Positions 47,203-58,053 are shown, counted from the stretch's first letter. The stretch is DNA of 64,000 nucleotides from Clostridia bacterium (GCA_017397125.1 JAFQKB010000047.1:36732-100731); one strand, 5' to 3'. Notes: generated by a model not told the origin, from the letters alone. A program made the numbers and translations.

Positions 47203-48507
47203 TTATTCGGCAGCCTCTTCACCCTCGGTGGTGATGGTAGCCTTGCTACGGATGAGCTTCATAGCCTTTTCGACGGCGATATCCTTAGACAGCTCGGCGG
47301 CGGGAATGGCGGCCTTGATCTGGTCGACCTCCATACCGTACTGCTCAGCAAACTTGGCGTACTCGGCCTCCAGCTCCTCGTCGGAAACGGAGATCTTGTC
47401 GGTCTTGACCACGTATTCCAGAGCCAGGCGGACCTTGACCTGCTTCTCAGCCTGCTCGCGGAAGCTCTCGCGGAAGGCGGCGGTGTCCATACCGGTGTAC
47501 TGCATATACAGGTCCATGCTCAGGCCCTGGCTCTGCAGACGATAGGCAAAATCCTGAATGCGGTCGTTGATGGTGTTCTCAATCATCGCCTCGGGAATGT
47601 CGGCCTTCATGCACTTGATCAGGCCCTCAGCGATCTTCTCGTCCACCTCGTTGTCGGCGGCCTGGTTACGCTGGTCCTCGATGCGCTTCTTGGCGTCGGC
47701 CTTAAATTCCTCGACGGTCTCGAAATCAGAAGAATCCTGGATCAGATCGTCGTCGATCTCAGGCAGCTCCTTCTTCTCGATCTTGTGTACCTTGCACTTG
47801 AACACAGCGGGCTTGCCGGCCAACTCCTCAGCATGGTACTCCTCGGGGAAGGTCACGTTCACGTCCAGCTCGGCATCCAACTCAGCACCCACCAGACCCT
47901 CTTCGAAGCCGGGGATGAACTGACCGGAGCCCAGCACCAGGGAGTGATTCTCGCCCTTGCCGCCCTCAAAGGCCACGCCGTCCACAAAGCCCTCGAAATC
48001 GAAGGTGACGGTGTCGCCCATCTCAGCGCCACGGTCCTCCACAGAGACCATGCGGGCATTGCGCTCCTGCAGACGGGTCAGCTCGGCGTTAACATCCTCG
48101 TCGGTCACCACCACGGCGGGGCGGGTGATCTTCAGGCTCTTATGGCCGCGCATCTTGACCTCGGGCTTGACGGTGATGACCGCCTTGAAAACCAGGCCCT
48201 CGGGACCGACGCTGATCACGTCCAGGTCGATCTTATCCTCCACGTACTCGTATTCAGACTCCTTGATGGCGGCGTCCAGAGCGGCGGGATACACGTCGTT
48301 CATAGCGGTCTCGTAGAACACGCCGGTGCCGTAGGTCTTCTCGATCAGGGCGCGGGGTGCCTTGCCCTTGCGGAATCCGGGGACAGCCATCTTCTTGACG
48401 TCCTTCTTGTAGGCGGCGGTAACGGCAGCCTCGAAGGTAGCGGCGTCCACCTCGATCTCCAGCTCGACGCGGTTGTTTTCCAGTTTGGTTGCGTTTTTCA
48501 GACTCAT
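47203..48507 (-). CDS. tig: Trigger factor
   Basis: GFRKGKAP ribosome-binding motif. The start is at MSLKNATK, after GGGAGGAA. Confidence 0.93.
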   Translation of the reverse strand: MSLKNATKLENNRVELEIEVDAATFEAAVTAAYKKDVKKMAVPGFRKGKAPRALIEKTYGTGVFYETAMNDVYPAALDAAIKESEYEYVEDKIDLDVISVGPEGLVFKAVITVKPEVKMRGHKSLKITRPAVVVTDEDVNAELTRLQERNARMVSVEDRGAEMGDTVTFDFEGFVDGVAFEGGKGENHSLVLGSGQFIPGFEEGLVGAELDAELDVNVTFPEEYHAEELAGKPAVFKCKVHKIEKKELPEIDDDLIQDSSDFETVEEFKADAKKRIEDQRNQAADNEVDEKIAEGLIKCMKADIPEAMIENTINDRIQDFAYRLQSQGLSMDLYMQYTGMDTAAFRESFREQAEKQVKVRLALEYVVKTDKISVSDEELEAEYAKFAEQYGMEVDQIKAAIPAAELSKDIAVEKAMKLIRSKATITTEGEEAAE

Positions 48508-48613
48508 TGTCATTTCCTCCCAATTTTGCTTACAAAACATAGTGCAGACTATTATAACATAAAGCTTTACTATTTACTAGCCTTTTTTGAGAAAATATTT
48601 TCCAAAAAGAGAA

Positions 48614-49321
48614 CTAATTTTCGTTGGAAGTACCCAAAACGGGTATGGGACAAAACTGCAGGGCATCCGCCGAGATCAACCGGTAGTCGATTCCGTCCAC
48701 CTTCCCCTGCACCGCCAGGCGGATGCCGTTGCTGTGCACGTGACCGTAATAGCAGCGGGTGATGCCCTCCTCCTTCAGCACATCCAGTATCTCCGGACAC
48801 ACCTGATCGGCGTACAGCGGCGGATAGTGGAGAAACACCACCGGCTCCAGCCCGGTCTCCTTAGCGGCCCGGATGGAGGTGCGCAGACGGCCGGCCTCAC
48901 GGAGCAGCACCAGCTTGTCTCCATCCTCCTCGGCATCGAAAAACCAGCCACGGCTGCCGCAGACGGCATAGCGGCCGTCCACCACAGCGGCATCGTTGTG
49001 GACGATGCGCAGCGTATCAAATCCATTCTCGACAAAGAACAGGTCCATCTGTCGGCGGGTGGTCCACCAATAGTCGTGGTTCCCCTTGAAAATCAGTTTT
49101 TTACCGGGCAGACTGTGCAAAAAAGCAAAATCGTCCCGGGCCTGCCGCAGATTCATTCCCCAGGAAATATCGCCGGCTATCACCACCGTGTCCTCCGGAC
49201 CGATCAGCCGCCGCCAGTTCGCCTCCAGACGGGGAACGTAATCGTCCCACCCGGAGAAAACCGTCATCGACTTATTAGTGGACAGGGACAGATGGGTGTC
49301 GGCAATCGCAAACAGCGCCAT
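48614..49321 (-). CDS. Metallophosphoesterase family protein
   Basis: ADTH, GDISW, GNHDYW and GHVH motifs. Confidence 0.8.
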   Translation of the reverse strand: MALFAIADTHLSLSTNKSMTVFSGWDDYVPRLEANWRRLIGPEDTVVIAGDISWGMNLRQARDDFAFLHSLPGKKLIFKGNHDYWWTTRRQMDLFFVENGFDTLRIVHNDAAVVDGRYAVCGSRGWFFDAEEDGDKLVLLREAGRLRTSIRAAKETGLEPVVFLHYPPLYADQVCPEILDVLKEEGITRCYYGHVHSNGIRLAVQGKVDGIDYRLISADALQFCPIPVLGTSNEN

Positions 49322-49335
49322 GTCTTACCTCCCGA

Positions 49336-50832
49336 TCAATCCAGGCCCAGCATACCGTACACAGTGCCCTGCATCGAGGTCTTATCGTTGTCGCATACAT
49401 CTGTAAAGCGAATCGCCTTGTCACGCAGAGAGCCCAGCGGCTGCGGGGTTTTCCAGCCGGTGAAGGCCTGCAGATCCGCCAGCTGATCGTAAGGTGTCTC
49501 TGCCAGATTGGCGTGCAGCGCCTCCAGAATAGCCGGCGCAAACTTGAACGGATTGGCGGTGGAGGCAATGACGGTAGGCGTCTCGTCGCCGCTCTTGGCA
49601 CGATAGGCCTCGTACACGCTCACCGCAACTGCCGTATGGGTATCGCACAGATACTCGGTGGTATCAAAAACGCGGCAGATGGTGTCCGCTACCTCCCGAT
49701 CGTCGGCGCAGCCACCCACAAACTGCTGCTGGATTGCCCGGCGCACCGTATCGGAGACGGCGTACTTTTTGTCCGTCTTGAGAGCAGCCATCAGGTCGGC
49801 GATCTCATCACTGTTGTTACCGGACAGATGATACAGCAGGCGCTCCAGGTTAGAGGACACCAGAATATCCATAGAGGGGCTGGTGGTGGTATAGAAGGGG
49901 CGGTTGCAATCGTACACGCCGGTTTCAAAAAAATCGGTCAGCACCCGGTTGCGGTTGGAGGCACAAATAAGCTTATTGACCGGCAGGCCCATTCTCTTGG
50001 CATAGTAGCACGCCAGAATGTTGCCGAAGTTGCCGGTGGGCACCACCACATTGATGGGATCGCCATTGCGGATCTTATCCTGGGCCACCAGGTCGCAATA
50101 AGCAGAAATGTAGTACACGATCTGCGGCACCAGACGGCCCCAGTTGATGGAATTGGCGCTGGAGAACCGCATGCCGTTCTGAGCCAGCTTCGCCTTTACC
50201 TCATCGTCGGTGAAAATGGCCTTTACGCCGGTCTGCGCATCGTCAAAATTGCCGCGGATGGCGCAGACGCCTACGTTCTCGCCCTCCTGGGTGATCATCT
50301 GAAAGCGCTGCATCTCGCTGACGCCGTCCACGGGATAGAACACCAGAATACGGGTATTGGGGGCATCCTTAAAGCCCTCCAGCGCTGCCTTGCCGGTATC
50401 GCCGGAGGTAGCCACCAGGATGACGATCTGCTCGTCGGGGTTGGTCTTGCCCACCGACACACGCATCAGGTGCGGCAGGATCTGAAGCGCCATATCCTTG
50501 AATGCGCAGGTGGGACCGTGCCACAGCTCCAGAATATAGCGGCCGTCCCCCAGCTCGTGCAGAGGTGCCACATCGGCAACGTCAAACCGCTCGCCATAGG
50601 CGGCCTCGCAGCATGCAGCCACCTCCTCGGCGGTAAAATCCGTCAGATAACGGGACAGAACGCGGGTAGCACGCTCCTTATAAGACAGCGGTACCAGCGC
50701 CTCAATATCCGCCGCCGTCAGCGCAGGGAACTCGGTAGGCACGTACAGACCGCCCTCGGGCGAAATGCCGGTGGCGATGGCCTGGGCGGCGGTAATCTCT
50801 ACGTTGTTGTTTCGTGTACTGGTGTAATGCAT
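49336..50832 (-). CDS. thrC: Threonine synthase
   Basis: 498 aa with the PLP lysine motif PTCAFKD. Confidence 0.9.
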   Translation of the reverse strand: MHYTSTRNNNVEITAAQAIATGISPEGGLYVPTEFPALTAADIEALVPLSYKERATRVLSRYLTDFTAEEVAACCEAAYGERFDVADVAPLHELGDGRYILELWHGPTCAFKDMALQILPHLMRVSVGKTNPDEQIVILVATSGDTGKAALEGFKDAPNTRILVFYPVDGVSEMQRFQMITQEGENVGVCAIRGNFDDAQTGVKAIFTDDEVKAKLAQNGMRFSSANSINWGRLVPQIVYYISAYCDLVAQDKIRNGDPINVVVPTGNFGNILACYYAKRMGLPVNKLICASNRNRVLTDFFETGVYDCNRPFYTTTSPSMDILVSSNLERLLYHLSGNNSDEIADLMAALKTDKKYAVSDTVRRAIQQQFVGGCADDREVADTICRVFDTTEYLCDTHTAVAVSVYEAYRAKSGDETPTVIASTANPFKFAPAILEALHANLAETPYDQLADLQAFTGWKTPQPLGSLRDKAIRFTDVCDNDKTSMQGTVYGMLGLD

Positions 50833-50835
50833 GAT

Positions 50836-51753
50836 TCATTCCTCATTTCGGATAGTTTGCTCCCAATACCGCAAAAAGAAGTCGCGGGCATTGGTATAAA
50901 AAACAGCATCCAGTGTCTGCGGGTTCCAGCCGCAGTCAGACAGATACCGATATAGCCTCTCGTATACGGCTATGCCGTTCCATTCAGCCGGCGCGGTCAT
51001 ACCGTCAAAATCTGCACCAAAGCAGATCGTTCTTTCACCATTCAGGGACAGAAAATGCTCCAGATGGCGGCGGATCGTTTCAAAATCGGAACCACCCAGG
51101 TGCTCCGGGTATAAGGTCAGACCCACCACACCGCCCCGGTCGCGGACGGCGCAGAACTGGTCGTAGGTGAGATTGCGCGGGTGCGGACACAGAGCATCCG
51201 CTGCGGTGTGGGACACCGCAAAGGGTCTGCGGGCCTCTTTTACGACCTGCCAGAAGCCGGGCCGGTTTAGATGGGCCACGTCCACAACCGTGCCGAATTG
51301 CTCCAGCACGGACAGCGCCTGTCGGCCGGCTGCCGTCAGGCCCTCGTCGCTGCCAAAGCAGCCGCTGCCCCAGTGGTTATCCCCATTCCAGGTAAGACCC
51401 ACCATGCAGACGCCACGCCGGTACAGACTATGGATATACTCCCAATCTGTGCCCAGGGCGCCGCCATTTTCCACCGTGAGCATCCCCGCCGGCGTGGCGA
51501 AAAGATCATCAGCCACAGTCACACGGTGCAGGCTCTTCCCCGTCCAGCGGTGAAACACGTCCATCAGCGCGTCGCATTCGGCCTGTGCCTCGGTGACGGA
51601 CAGTCCATCCGGGATCCAGGCGGCATACGCCTGCACCCAGGCATCGTACCGGGCGCCGCGCACCAGGTCCACGTGTCCGGCGTTGCTGTGTATCGACGTA
51701 TTGCGATGCAATCCTTCGCACAGCGTGTCACAATGCAGATCAAAAAGCCGCAC
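50836..51753 (-). CDS. Peptidase M19 family dipeptidase
   Basis: N-terminus FDLHCDT, 305 aa. Confidence 0.65.
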   Translation of the reverse strand: MRLFDLHCDTLCEGLHRNTSIHSNAGHVDLVRGARYDAWVQAYAAWIPDGLSVTEAQAECDALMDVFHRWTGKSLHRVTVADDLFATPAGMLTVENGGALGTDWEYIHSLYRRGVCMVGLTWNGDNHWGSGCFGSDEGLTAAGRQALSVLEQFGTVVDVAHLNRPGFWQVVKEARRPFAVSHTAADALCPHPRNLTYDQFCAVRDRGGVVGLTLYPEHLGGSDFETIRRHLEHFLSLNGERTICFGADFDGMTAPAEWNGIAVYERLYRYLSDCGWNPQTLDAVFYTNARDFFLRYWEQTIRNEE

Positions 51754-52126
51754 TCAGATCCCCTGCCTCATAGGCGCCCATTACGTGGTTGATCTCCGCA
51801 ATCTTCATAGGATCGGATTTCTTGGTGATGACCTCCACCACGTCAAAACGGGGCTGCAGATCTGCCGGAAACCGACTCAGATAGATGGCGGCCGTCTGCA
51901 ACAGGCGCCGTTGTTTTGCCGCGGTCACGGCCTCACGGGGTGCGTACATCGCATTCTCCTGCCGCGTTTTGACCTCGACAAACACAATATAGTCTCCGTG
52001 AGTGGCGATTATGTCGACCTCCCCCTGGCGGCAGCGAAAATTGGATGAGACCACCGTATATCCCTTATCCCGCAGAAAGCGGGCCGCCAGCACCTCGCCG
52101 GCGGCGCCTCTCGATACCCCTGCCAT
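51740..52126 (-). CDS. yraN: YraN family endonuclease (UPF0102)
   Basis: GEVDIIA motif. It lies downstream of rnhB, as is common. Confidence 0.8.
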   Translation of the reverse strand: MAGVSRGAAGEVLAARFLRDKGYTVVSSNFRCRQGEVDIIATHGDYIVFVEVKTRQENAMYAPREAVTAAKQRRLLQTAAIYLSRFPADLQPRFDVVEVITKKSDPMKIAEINHVMGAYEAGDLSAAF

Positions 52127-52734
52127 CAGTGCTCACCCAAAATCTTTTTAAGAAAGCTGGGGCGATGCTCCGGGCAGGGCCCGAACTCTCTAAGCGCTGC
52201 TGTATGGGCGGCGGTGCCGTAGCCCTTATGTACCGCAAAGCCGTACTGGGGGTACTGCTTGTCCATCTCCACCAGCAGGCGGTCACGGGACACCTTGGCC
52301 AGGATGGAGGCGGCTGCGATCGACTCTGACAAGGCATCTCCCTTTACAACCGTTTTAGCCGGCACAGTCAACTGAGGCGGTTTACGGTTGCCGTCAATAA
52401 GCGCCAAAGCCGGGGGTTGGGACAATCCAGCCACAGCCCGGGACATAGCCAGGTAGGTGGCGTTGAGGATATTGTACTGCTCTATCTCCTCTACAGAGGC
52501 ACTGGCGATGCAATAGGCCACCGCCTCCTCCCGGATGATGTCAAACAGAGCCTCTCTCTTTTTCTCCGAGAGTTTTTTGGAATCATTCAGCCCGAGAATG
52601 GGATACTCCGGGGACAGGATCACCGCCGCCGCGTACACCGGGCCGGCCAGAGGGCCTCGTCCCGCCTCGTCCACACCGCAGATCGGTCCGCCGCAAGCAT
52701 CCCGAAAGCCTTGATCAAACTGAGGGTCAAGCAC
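52126..52734 (-). CDS. rnhB: Ribonuclease HII
   Basis: [14 protein letters not shown] and DSKKL motifs. Confidence 0.92.
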   Translation of the reverse strand: MLDPQFDQGFRDACGGPICGVDEAGRGPLAGPVYAAAVILSPEYPILGLNDSKKLSEKKREALFDIIREEAVAYCIASASVEEIEQYNILNATYLAMSRAVAGLSQPPALALIDGNRKPPQLTVPAKTVVKGDALSESIAAASILAKVSRDRLLVEMDKQYPQYGFAVHKGYGTAAHTAALREFGPCPEHRPSFLKKILGEH

Positions 52735-53776
52735 GGTCGGTCACCTCCTGTGCGGCAGGCGGCCATTCCAGGGTAATGCGCCCCAGCTTGCCGCCGCGGT
52801 ATTCATCCAGCAGCATAATGGACGCCCGTCCGGTATCGATCTCGCCGCCGGACAGCAGCATGCCGCGCTTGCGGCCGATGTCATGGAGCAGCTCCCAATT
52901 ATCCTCGTTCAGCGGCTCGGTCAGCTTATACCGCTCCAGCAAGACGGCGGGATAATCCCGGCGAAGAATGCCCAGCAGCTCGCAGGCCATCTCCTCCATA
53001 TCCAGCACCTGGTCCTTGATGGCGCCGGTAAAGGCCAGCCGCATAGCCACCGTCTGGTCCTCAAACTTAGGCCACAAAACACCGGGTGTATCCAGCAGTT
53101 GGGTACCGCCCTCAATGACAAACCACTGGTTCATACGGGTCACACCGGGGCGGTCCTCCACCTTGGCCTTGCCACCACGGTTCATACGGTTGATAAAAGA
53201 GCTCTTGCCCACGTTGGGGATACCCACGATCATAGCGCGGATGGCACGGTTGGCGCCTTTGCTCTCCCACTTTTCCACCAGATCGTGGAGCAACTCACGG
53301 AGTGCGTTGTGAAACTGATTGCAGCCGCGGCCGCTCTTACAGTCCACGGCCAGAGCTGCCATCCCCTGACGGCGGAAATAGCCAAGCCACCGCTGGGTGG
53401 CGGTATCGTCCGCCAGATCCGCCTTGTTCAGTATCACCAGGCGGGGCTTTCCACGGGTCAGGCTGTCCATCTCCGGGTTACGGCTGGCCAGCGGAATGCG
53501 GGCATCCACGATCTCCACCACCGCATCGATGAGCGGCAGGCTCTCCTGGATCTTGCGCCGGGTGCGGGCCATATGGCCGGGAAACCACTGAATGGTGCCG
53601 ATAGCCGGCTGATCCGCCGTCACCTCAGTAGCGGCGGCCGGCGCCGGTTTGCGGCGATCCGGCTTTGTATAAGGCTTGGATTTGTTGCCGGGTCGCTGGG
53701 CCGACCGGTTAGTGTCGTTATGCCGACCGGCGGGACGACCGCCCGATTTGTTATTGTTACGACGTGTAGTACCCAT
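52727..53776 (-). CDS. rbgA: Ribosome biogenesis GTPase A (YlqF/RbgA) with a basic N-terminal extension of about 55 aa
   Basis: WFPGHM, a circularly permuted GTPase (NKADL then GIPNVGKSS) and DTPG motifs. Confidence 0.9.
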   Translation of the reverse strand: MGTTRRNNNKSGGRPAGRHNDTNRSAQRPGNKSKPYTKPDRRKPAPAAATEVTADQPAIGTIQWFPGHMARTRRKIQESLPLIDAVVEIVDARIPLASRNPEMDSLTRGKPRLVILNKADLADDTATQRWLGYFRRQGMAALAVDCKSGRGCNQFHNALRELLHDLVEKWESKGANRAIRAMIVGIPNVGKSSFINRMNRGGKAKVEDRPGVTRMNQWFVIEGGTQLLDTPGVLWPKFEDQTVAMRLAFTGAIKDQVLDMEEMACELLGILRRDYPAVLLERYKLTEPLNEDNWELLHDIGRKRGMLLSGGEIDTGRASIMLLDEYRGGKLGRITLEWPPAAQEVTDRA

Positions 53777-53779
53777 ACA

Positions 53780-54352
53780 TCATTCTCCAATTTTGCCAAA
53801 CGAAGGCATGATACGGAAAAACACCTTGCCCACCAGGTCCTCCTCGGATACGGGGCCCAGTATGCGGCTGTCCAGAGACTCGCTGCGGTTGTCCCCCATG
53901 ACGAAAAGGGTTCCCTCCGGGACGGTGATCTCCTCTTTCATACCATAGGTGGGGGTAGAATCTCCCAAAACATACGGCTCGATCAGAGGCTGGTCGTTGC
54001 GATAGACAACACCGCTCTCTTCGTCGATGCGGATGCGATCCCCCTCCAGGCCGATGACCCGCTTGATCAGCGGTGTATCGCCCGTGCGGCGCACCACCAC
54101 AATATCGCCGTACTCCGGCGTGTAGAACATACCGGACAGCAGCAGCCGGTCTCCGTTCTGTAGCGTGTTGCGCATGGAGTCGCCGCTCACAGTGACGATG
54201 CGGAACGCCAGCGAAAAGAACAGCGCCACAAACACAATGGCCGCCAGAGCCGCGGAAACCCACTCAAAGCCGGATGCAAGGCTCCGGGACGGGGTGTATT
54301 CCCGTGTCTGTACGGTCTTACTCTTTTGCATATCCGTCGTGCTCCTTTCCAC
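53780..54352 (-). CDS. lepB: Signal peptidase I
   Basis: SGDSM (Ser), GD.VVV.R, IKRVIG (Lys) and GDNR.S.DSR motifs. Confidence 0.9.
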   Translation of the reverse strand: MERSTTDMQKSKTVQTREYTPSRSLASGFEWVSAALAAIVFVALFFSLAFRIVTVSGDSMRNTLQNGDRLLLSGMFYTPEYGDIVVVRRTGDTPLIKRVIGLEGDRIRIDEESGVVYRNDQPLIEPYVLGDSTPTYGMKEEITVPEGTLFVMGDNRSESLDSRILGPVSEEDLVGKVFFRIMPSFGKIGE

Positions 54353-54365
54353 CGATACTTGCTGA

Positions 54366-54953
54366 TTACTTCAAATTATCATACACACCGCCAAAGGACT
54401 GGGGCGGCCAGATGCAAAATACCGCCTTGCCCAACACGTCCTTGACGGAGATCATACCGATCTCGTTCATACGGCTGTCCTTGGAAATAGTACGGTTATC
54501 CCCCATAACGAAGATACAGCCCTCCGGGACTACCACAATGTCCTTTACGTCCCGGGGGATGGTCACCCCCTGGATATAGGGCTCCTCCAGCCGCTCGCCG
54601 TTGACGTATACGTTGTAGGAATCGGTTATGCTGATGCGATCGCCGGCTACGGCGATGACCCGCTTGATCAGCGGCTCATCCGTATAGCGGTCCACCACCA
54701 CAATGTCACCCGGCTCGTAGTCATCGGCGCCGTAGGACAGCACCAGGCGATCCATATGATGCAGAGTGGGCAGCATCGAATCGCCATCCACGCCCACCAC
54801 ACGGAACATAAAGGTCATCACAAGCACCAAAACGGCCAACGCAACCACAATGGCGCTGACCCAATCAAATACCGCTTCCAGGGCACGGCGATTCACTTTT
54901 TTGAGACTATCCGCCTCGTATCCGTATGCCACAAGATCGCTCCCTTTGTACAT
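54366..54953 (-). CDS. lepB: Signal peptidase I (second paralogue)
   Basis: DGDSM, IKRVIA and GDNRTISKDSR motifs. Confidence 0.9.
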   Translation of the reverse strand: MYKGSDLVAYGYEADSLKKVNRRALEAVFDWVSAIVVALAVLVLVMTFMFRVVGVDGDSMLPTLHHMDRLVLSYGADDYEPGDIVVVDRYTDEPLIKRVIAVAGDRISITDSYNVYVNGERLEEPYIQGVTIPRDVKDIVVVPEGCIFVMGDNRTISKDSRMNEIGMISVKDVLGKAVFCIWPPQSFGGVYDNLK

Positions 54954-55002
54954 TCCTGCATCTAACTAAGTATTATAGCACAATATTTCTCCGAAATAAA
55001 GC

Positions 55003-55030
55003 AAAAAAGGGACTTTTCAGTCCCTTTTTT
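55003..55030. terminator. Rho-independent terminator after rplS
   Basis: AAAAAAGGGACT-TTTC-AGTCCCTTTTTT. Confidence 0.8.
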
Positions 55031-55045
55031 ACAAAAAAACATGAA

Positions 55046-55390
55046 TTATTTGATGCGCTCTTTGACCTTAGCAGCCTTACCCACGCGATCACGCAGATAA
55101 TACAGCTTGCTGCGGCGAACCTTACCGTAGCGAACCACCTTGATGGCGGCCACATTGGGGCTGTGCAGCGGGAACACACGCTCCACACCAACACCGTAGG
55201 CCACGCGGCGAACGGTAAAGGTCTCGGCCACGCCGCTACCCTTCTTGGCGATCACGGTGCCCTCAAAGGCCTGGATGCGCTCGCGCTCGCCTTCGCGGAT
55301 CTTAACGTCCACACGGACGGTGTCACCGATACCGAAAGCGGGAGTGCTCTCCTTCATGCTGTCACCGGAAATGATTTTCAATGCGTCCAT
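55046..55390 (-). CDS. rplS: 50S ribosomal protein L19
   Basis: 114 aa with [26 protein letters not shown]. Confidence 0.95.
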   Translation of the reverse strand: MDALKIISGDSMKESTPAFGIGDTVRVDVKIREGERERIQAFEGTVIAKKGSGVAETFTVRRVAYGVGVERVFPLHSPNVAAIKVVRYGKVRRSKLYYLRDRVGKAAKVKERIK

Positions 55391-55540
55391 AGTTCTTTCC
55401 TCCTAAGTTTTCAGATGTTCATGCTCAATAATCGGCAGAGGACCACCCGCTTTAATGTCGTGGCTTTCGCCTGGCATTAAACCCCACAGAAAATATCTGC
55501 GGCAAAAAACGCCTGATATAATATATCACATAGTTTGCGT
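55391..55540 (-). promoter_or_regulatory. Structured 5' leader of rplS with an upstream promoter; candidate L19 ribosomal-protein leader
   Basis: Minus strand: TTGCAT, 17 nt, TATATT. Downstream is the hairpin TTTAATG-CCA-GGC-GAAA-GCC-ACGA-CATTAAA. Identity with the known L19 leader has not been verified. Confidence 0.3.
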
Positions 55541-55586
55541 AAATGCAAGTCTTTTTTTCGTAAAAAAAGAAATATTTTCAAAATTA

Positions 55587-56225
55587 TTACAGGAATTCGG
55601 TGCCGTCCGCCTGAAGCAGCCGCAAACGCAGCACGTCCACCCGGATCTCGCTGCCCAAAATGCCGCTCAAGGCGGTCACAAACAGGCCGGGGTTGATATT
55701 ATCCGCGCCGCCGCTGGGCAAGGTCACGGTCATCACGGCGGTCTCCCCCGTCTCTTTGACCGTCGCATTGGCGAAATACGGCTTCAGGTCGACGGTCTTG
55801 GTGGTCTTTTTCTTGGTCTTTTTCTCCACCGGCAGCTCCGGCAACGCCAGAGCAGCACGCACCGCCTCAGCAGAACAATACAGGGTGATGCGGTATTCGG
55901 CCGCAAACAACTGACCGGCCTTACACACCGCCTCGGCGGCGGACACAGCCGTCAATCCCTCCGGCAGGACCTCATTAAGCCGCTCCACCAGCCGGTCGTA
56001 GGGCATATCCTCCTCCAGCCGCAGATCCATGGTCTCACGCAGACCCTCATAGCCCAGGGACAGGGGTGCCGCAAAGGTGAGATACGGGTGGCGGTTGAAG
56101 CCCTCTGTGTACCACAGGGGGATGCCGGCCCGGCGCACCGCCCGGGACATGGTGCGCACCAGATCCAGGTGGGACACGTATTTGGCTCGGCCCGTCTTGG
56201 AAAACACGATCCTAACGTTTTTCAA
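55587..56225 (-). CDS. TIGR03936-family radical-SAM-associated protein (DUF2344)
   Basis: RIVFSKTGRAKYVSHLDL N-terminus. The TTG start follows GGAAGGAGGG. It is paired with the upstream radical SAM gene. Confidence 0.7.
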   Translation of the reverse strand: MKNVRIVFSKTGRAKYVSHLDLVRTMSRAVRRAGIPLWYTEGFNRHPYLTFAAPLSLGYEGLRETMDLRLEEDMPYDRLVERLNEVLPEGLTAVSAAEAVCKAGQLFAAEYRITLYCSAEAVRAALALPELPVEKKTKKKTTKTVDLKPYFANATVKETGETAVMTVTLPSGGADNINPGLFVTALSGILGSEIRVDVLRLRLLQADGTEFL

Positions 56226-58053
56226 CGCAAACGCCCTCCTTCCAGCAGGCAGCGCCACAGCCGGAGCAGGCCTGGCGGCAGTTGGGTGTGGTGGTGGCTT
56301 CGTGAGCCAGCTTACTCTCGTTGATTAGAAACGCCTTGGTCACGCCGTAGTCCAGATGATCCCAGGGCAAGATCTCATCGTAGGGACGGCGGCGGTTGGC
56401 GTAGAAGGTGGGGTCTACCCCGCACTCCTCAAACACCGCCATCCAGGCGTCAAAATCGAAGTGCTCCGACCAGGAGTCCAGGTTAAAGCCGCGCTTATTG
56501 CCGGCCTCCAGCACCGCACACAGACGGCGGTCGCCCCGGGCCAGCACCGCCTCCAGAAAGCTGGTCTTGGCGTCGTGATAGCTCAGAGAGATCTTCTTGG
56601 TGTGGATGGAGGACACCAGATGCTGCTGCTTTTCCCGCAGCTGTTCCAGGGTATCCTGGGGCTCCCACTGGAAGGGCGTAAAGGGCTTCGGCACAAAGCA
56701 GGAGGTGCTCATAGACACGGTGACACCTTTTCCCTTAGGCTTGTCCGGGTTGGTATAGAAGGCGTTGACCACCTTCTGCCCCAGGCCGGCAATGCCCTCG
56801 ATATCCTCCATCGTTTCGGTGGGCAGACCCAGCATAAAATACAGCTTGACCGCCGTCCAGCCGCCCTTAAAGGCCTTGGTGACGGTGTCCAGGATCTCAT
56901 CCTCGGTCAGGTTCTTGTTGATAGCATCCCGCAGGCGCTGGGTGCCCGCCTCCGGCGCAAAGGTCAGGCCGGCCCGGCGCAGCACGTTCAGCCGGTTGGC
57001 CAGCTCCTCGGAGAATCCGTCCACACGCAGGGAGGGCAGGGAGATATTGGTATGCTCCTGCTCCGCCCAGTCCAGCAGGCGGTCCAGCAGCTCCTCCAGC
57101 TTGGTATAGTCGCTGGTGGACAGAGAGGACAGAGAAAACTCCTCGTAGCCGGTGTTGCGGCAGAGATCGTGGCTCTGGCGGTCGATGGTGTCCACCGACT
57201 TTTCCCGCACCGGGCGATAGATAAAGCCCGCCTGGCAGAAGCGGCAGCCCCGGATGCAACCCCGGAAAATCTCGCTCTGGGCGCGGTCAAAGACGATGTC
57301 GGTGTAGGGCACCACAAAGGACTCGGGATAATAGCAGGTGTCCAGATCCTTGATGATGCGCTTGCGCACGACGGGCTCGACCCCGTCCAGGGGCGTGATG
57401 GCGGCTATGGTGCCGTCCTCCTTATAAGACACATCGTACAGCGACGGCACGTACACACCCTCTATGTCCGCGCAGGCCCGCAGAAAGGCCTTTTTGTTGT
57501 AGCCTTTCTGTTTATGTTCCTTATAGAGGTTGATGACCTCCAGGTCCACCTCTTCGCCCTCGCCCAGGAAGAAAATATCCACAAAGTCGGTCAAAGGCTC
57601 CGGGTTGCAGGCGCAGGGGCCGCCGGCCACCACCAGAGGGTGCTGCTCGGTGCGGTCTGCGGCACGCAGCGGCACACCGGCCAGGTCCAGCATATTGAGA
57701 ATACCGGTAAAGCTCAGCTCATACTGCAGGGTAAAGCCGATAAAGTCAAAGGTGCGGATGGGGTCGCGGCTCTCCAGACCGTACAGCGGTATCTCATTCT
57801 CCCGCATCAACTGCTCCATATCCGTATCCGGTGCGAACACCCGCTCGCACCACACGTCCGGCTCGTTGTTGAACTGACTGTACAGGATCTTCATGCCCAG
57901 GTGGGACATGCCCACCTCATAGAGATCCGGAAAGCAGAAGGCAAACCGCACCGCCACCTGGTCGGGGTCTTTGGTGACGCTGTTCAGCTCACCGCCGGTG
58001 TAACGGGCCGGCTTTTGCACCTGCAAAAACAGATTTTCCAGCTTTTGTTTCAT
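56212..58053 (-). CDS. TIGR03960-family B12-binding-domain radical SAM protein
   Basis: N-terminus MKQKLENLFLQVQKPARYTGGELN, with the CIRGCRFCQAG cluster. The start was moved 231 nt downstream of the track start. Confidence 0.8.
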   Translation of the reverse strand: MKQKLENLFLQVQKPARYTGGELNSVTKDPDQVAVRFAFCFPDLYEVGMSHLGMKILYSQFNNEPDVWCERVFAPDTDMEQLMRENEIPLYGLESRDPIRTFDFIGFTLQYELSFTGILNMLDLAGVPLRAADRTEQHPLVVAGGPCACNPEPLTDFVDIFFLGEGEEVDLEVINLYKEHKQKGYNKKAFLRACADIEGVYVPSLYDVSYKEDGTIAAITPLDGVEPVVRKRIIKDLDTCYYPESFVVPYTDIVFDRAQSEIFRGCIRGCRFCQAGFIYRPVREKSVDTIDRQSHDLCRNTGYEEFSLSSLSTSDYTKLEELLDRLLDWAEQEHTNISLPSLRVDGFSEELANRLNVLRRAGLTFAPEAGTQRLRDAINKNLTEDEILDTVTKAFKGGWTAVKLYFMLGLPTETMEDIEGIAGLGQKVVNAFYTNPDKPKGKGVTVSMSTSCFVPKPFTPFQWEPQDTLEQLREKQQHLVSSIHTKKISLSYHDAKTSFLEAVLARGDRRLCAVLEAGNKRGFNLDSWSEHFDFDAWMAVFEECGVDPTFYANRRRPYDEILPWDHLDYGVTKAFLINESKLAHEATTTPNCRQACSGCGAACWKEGVCVEKR

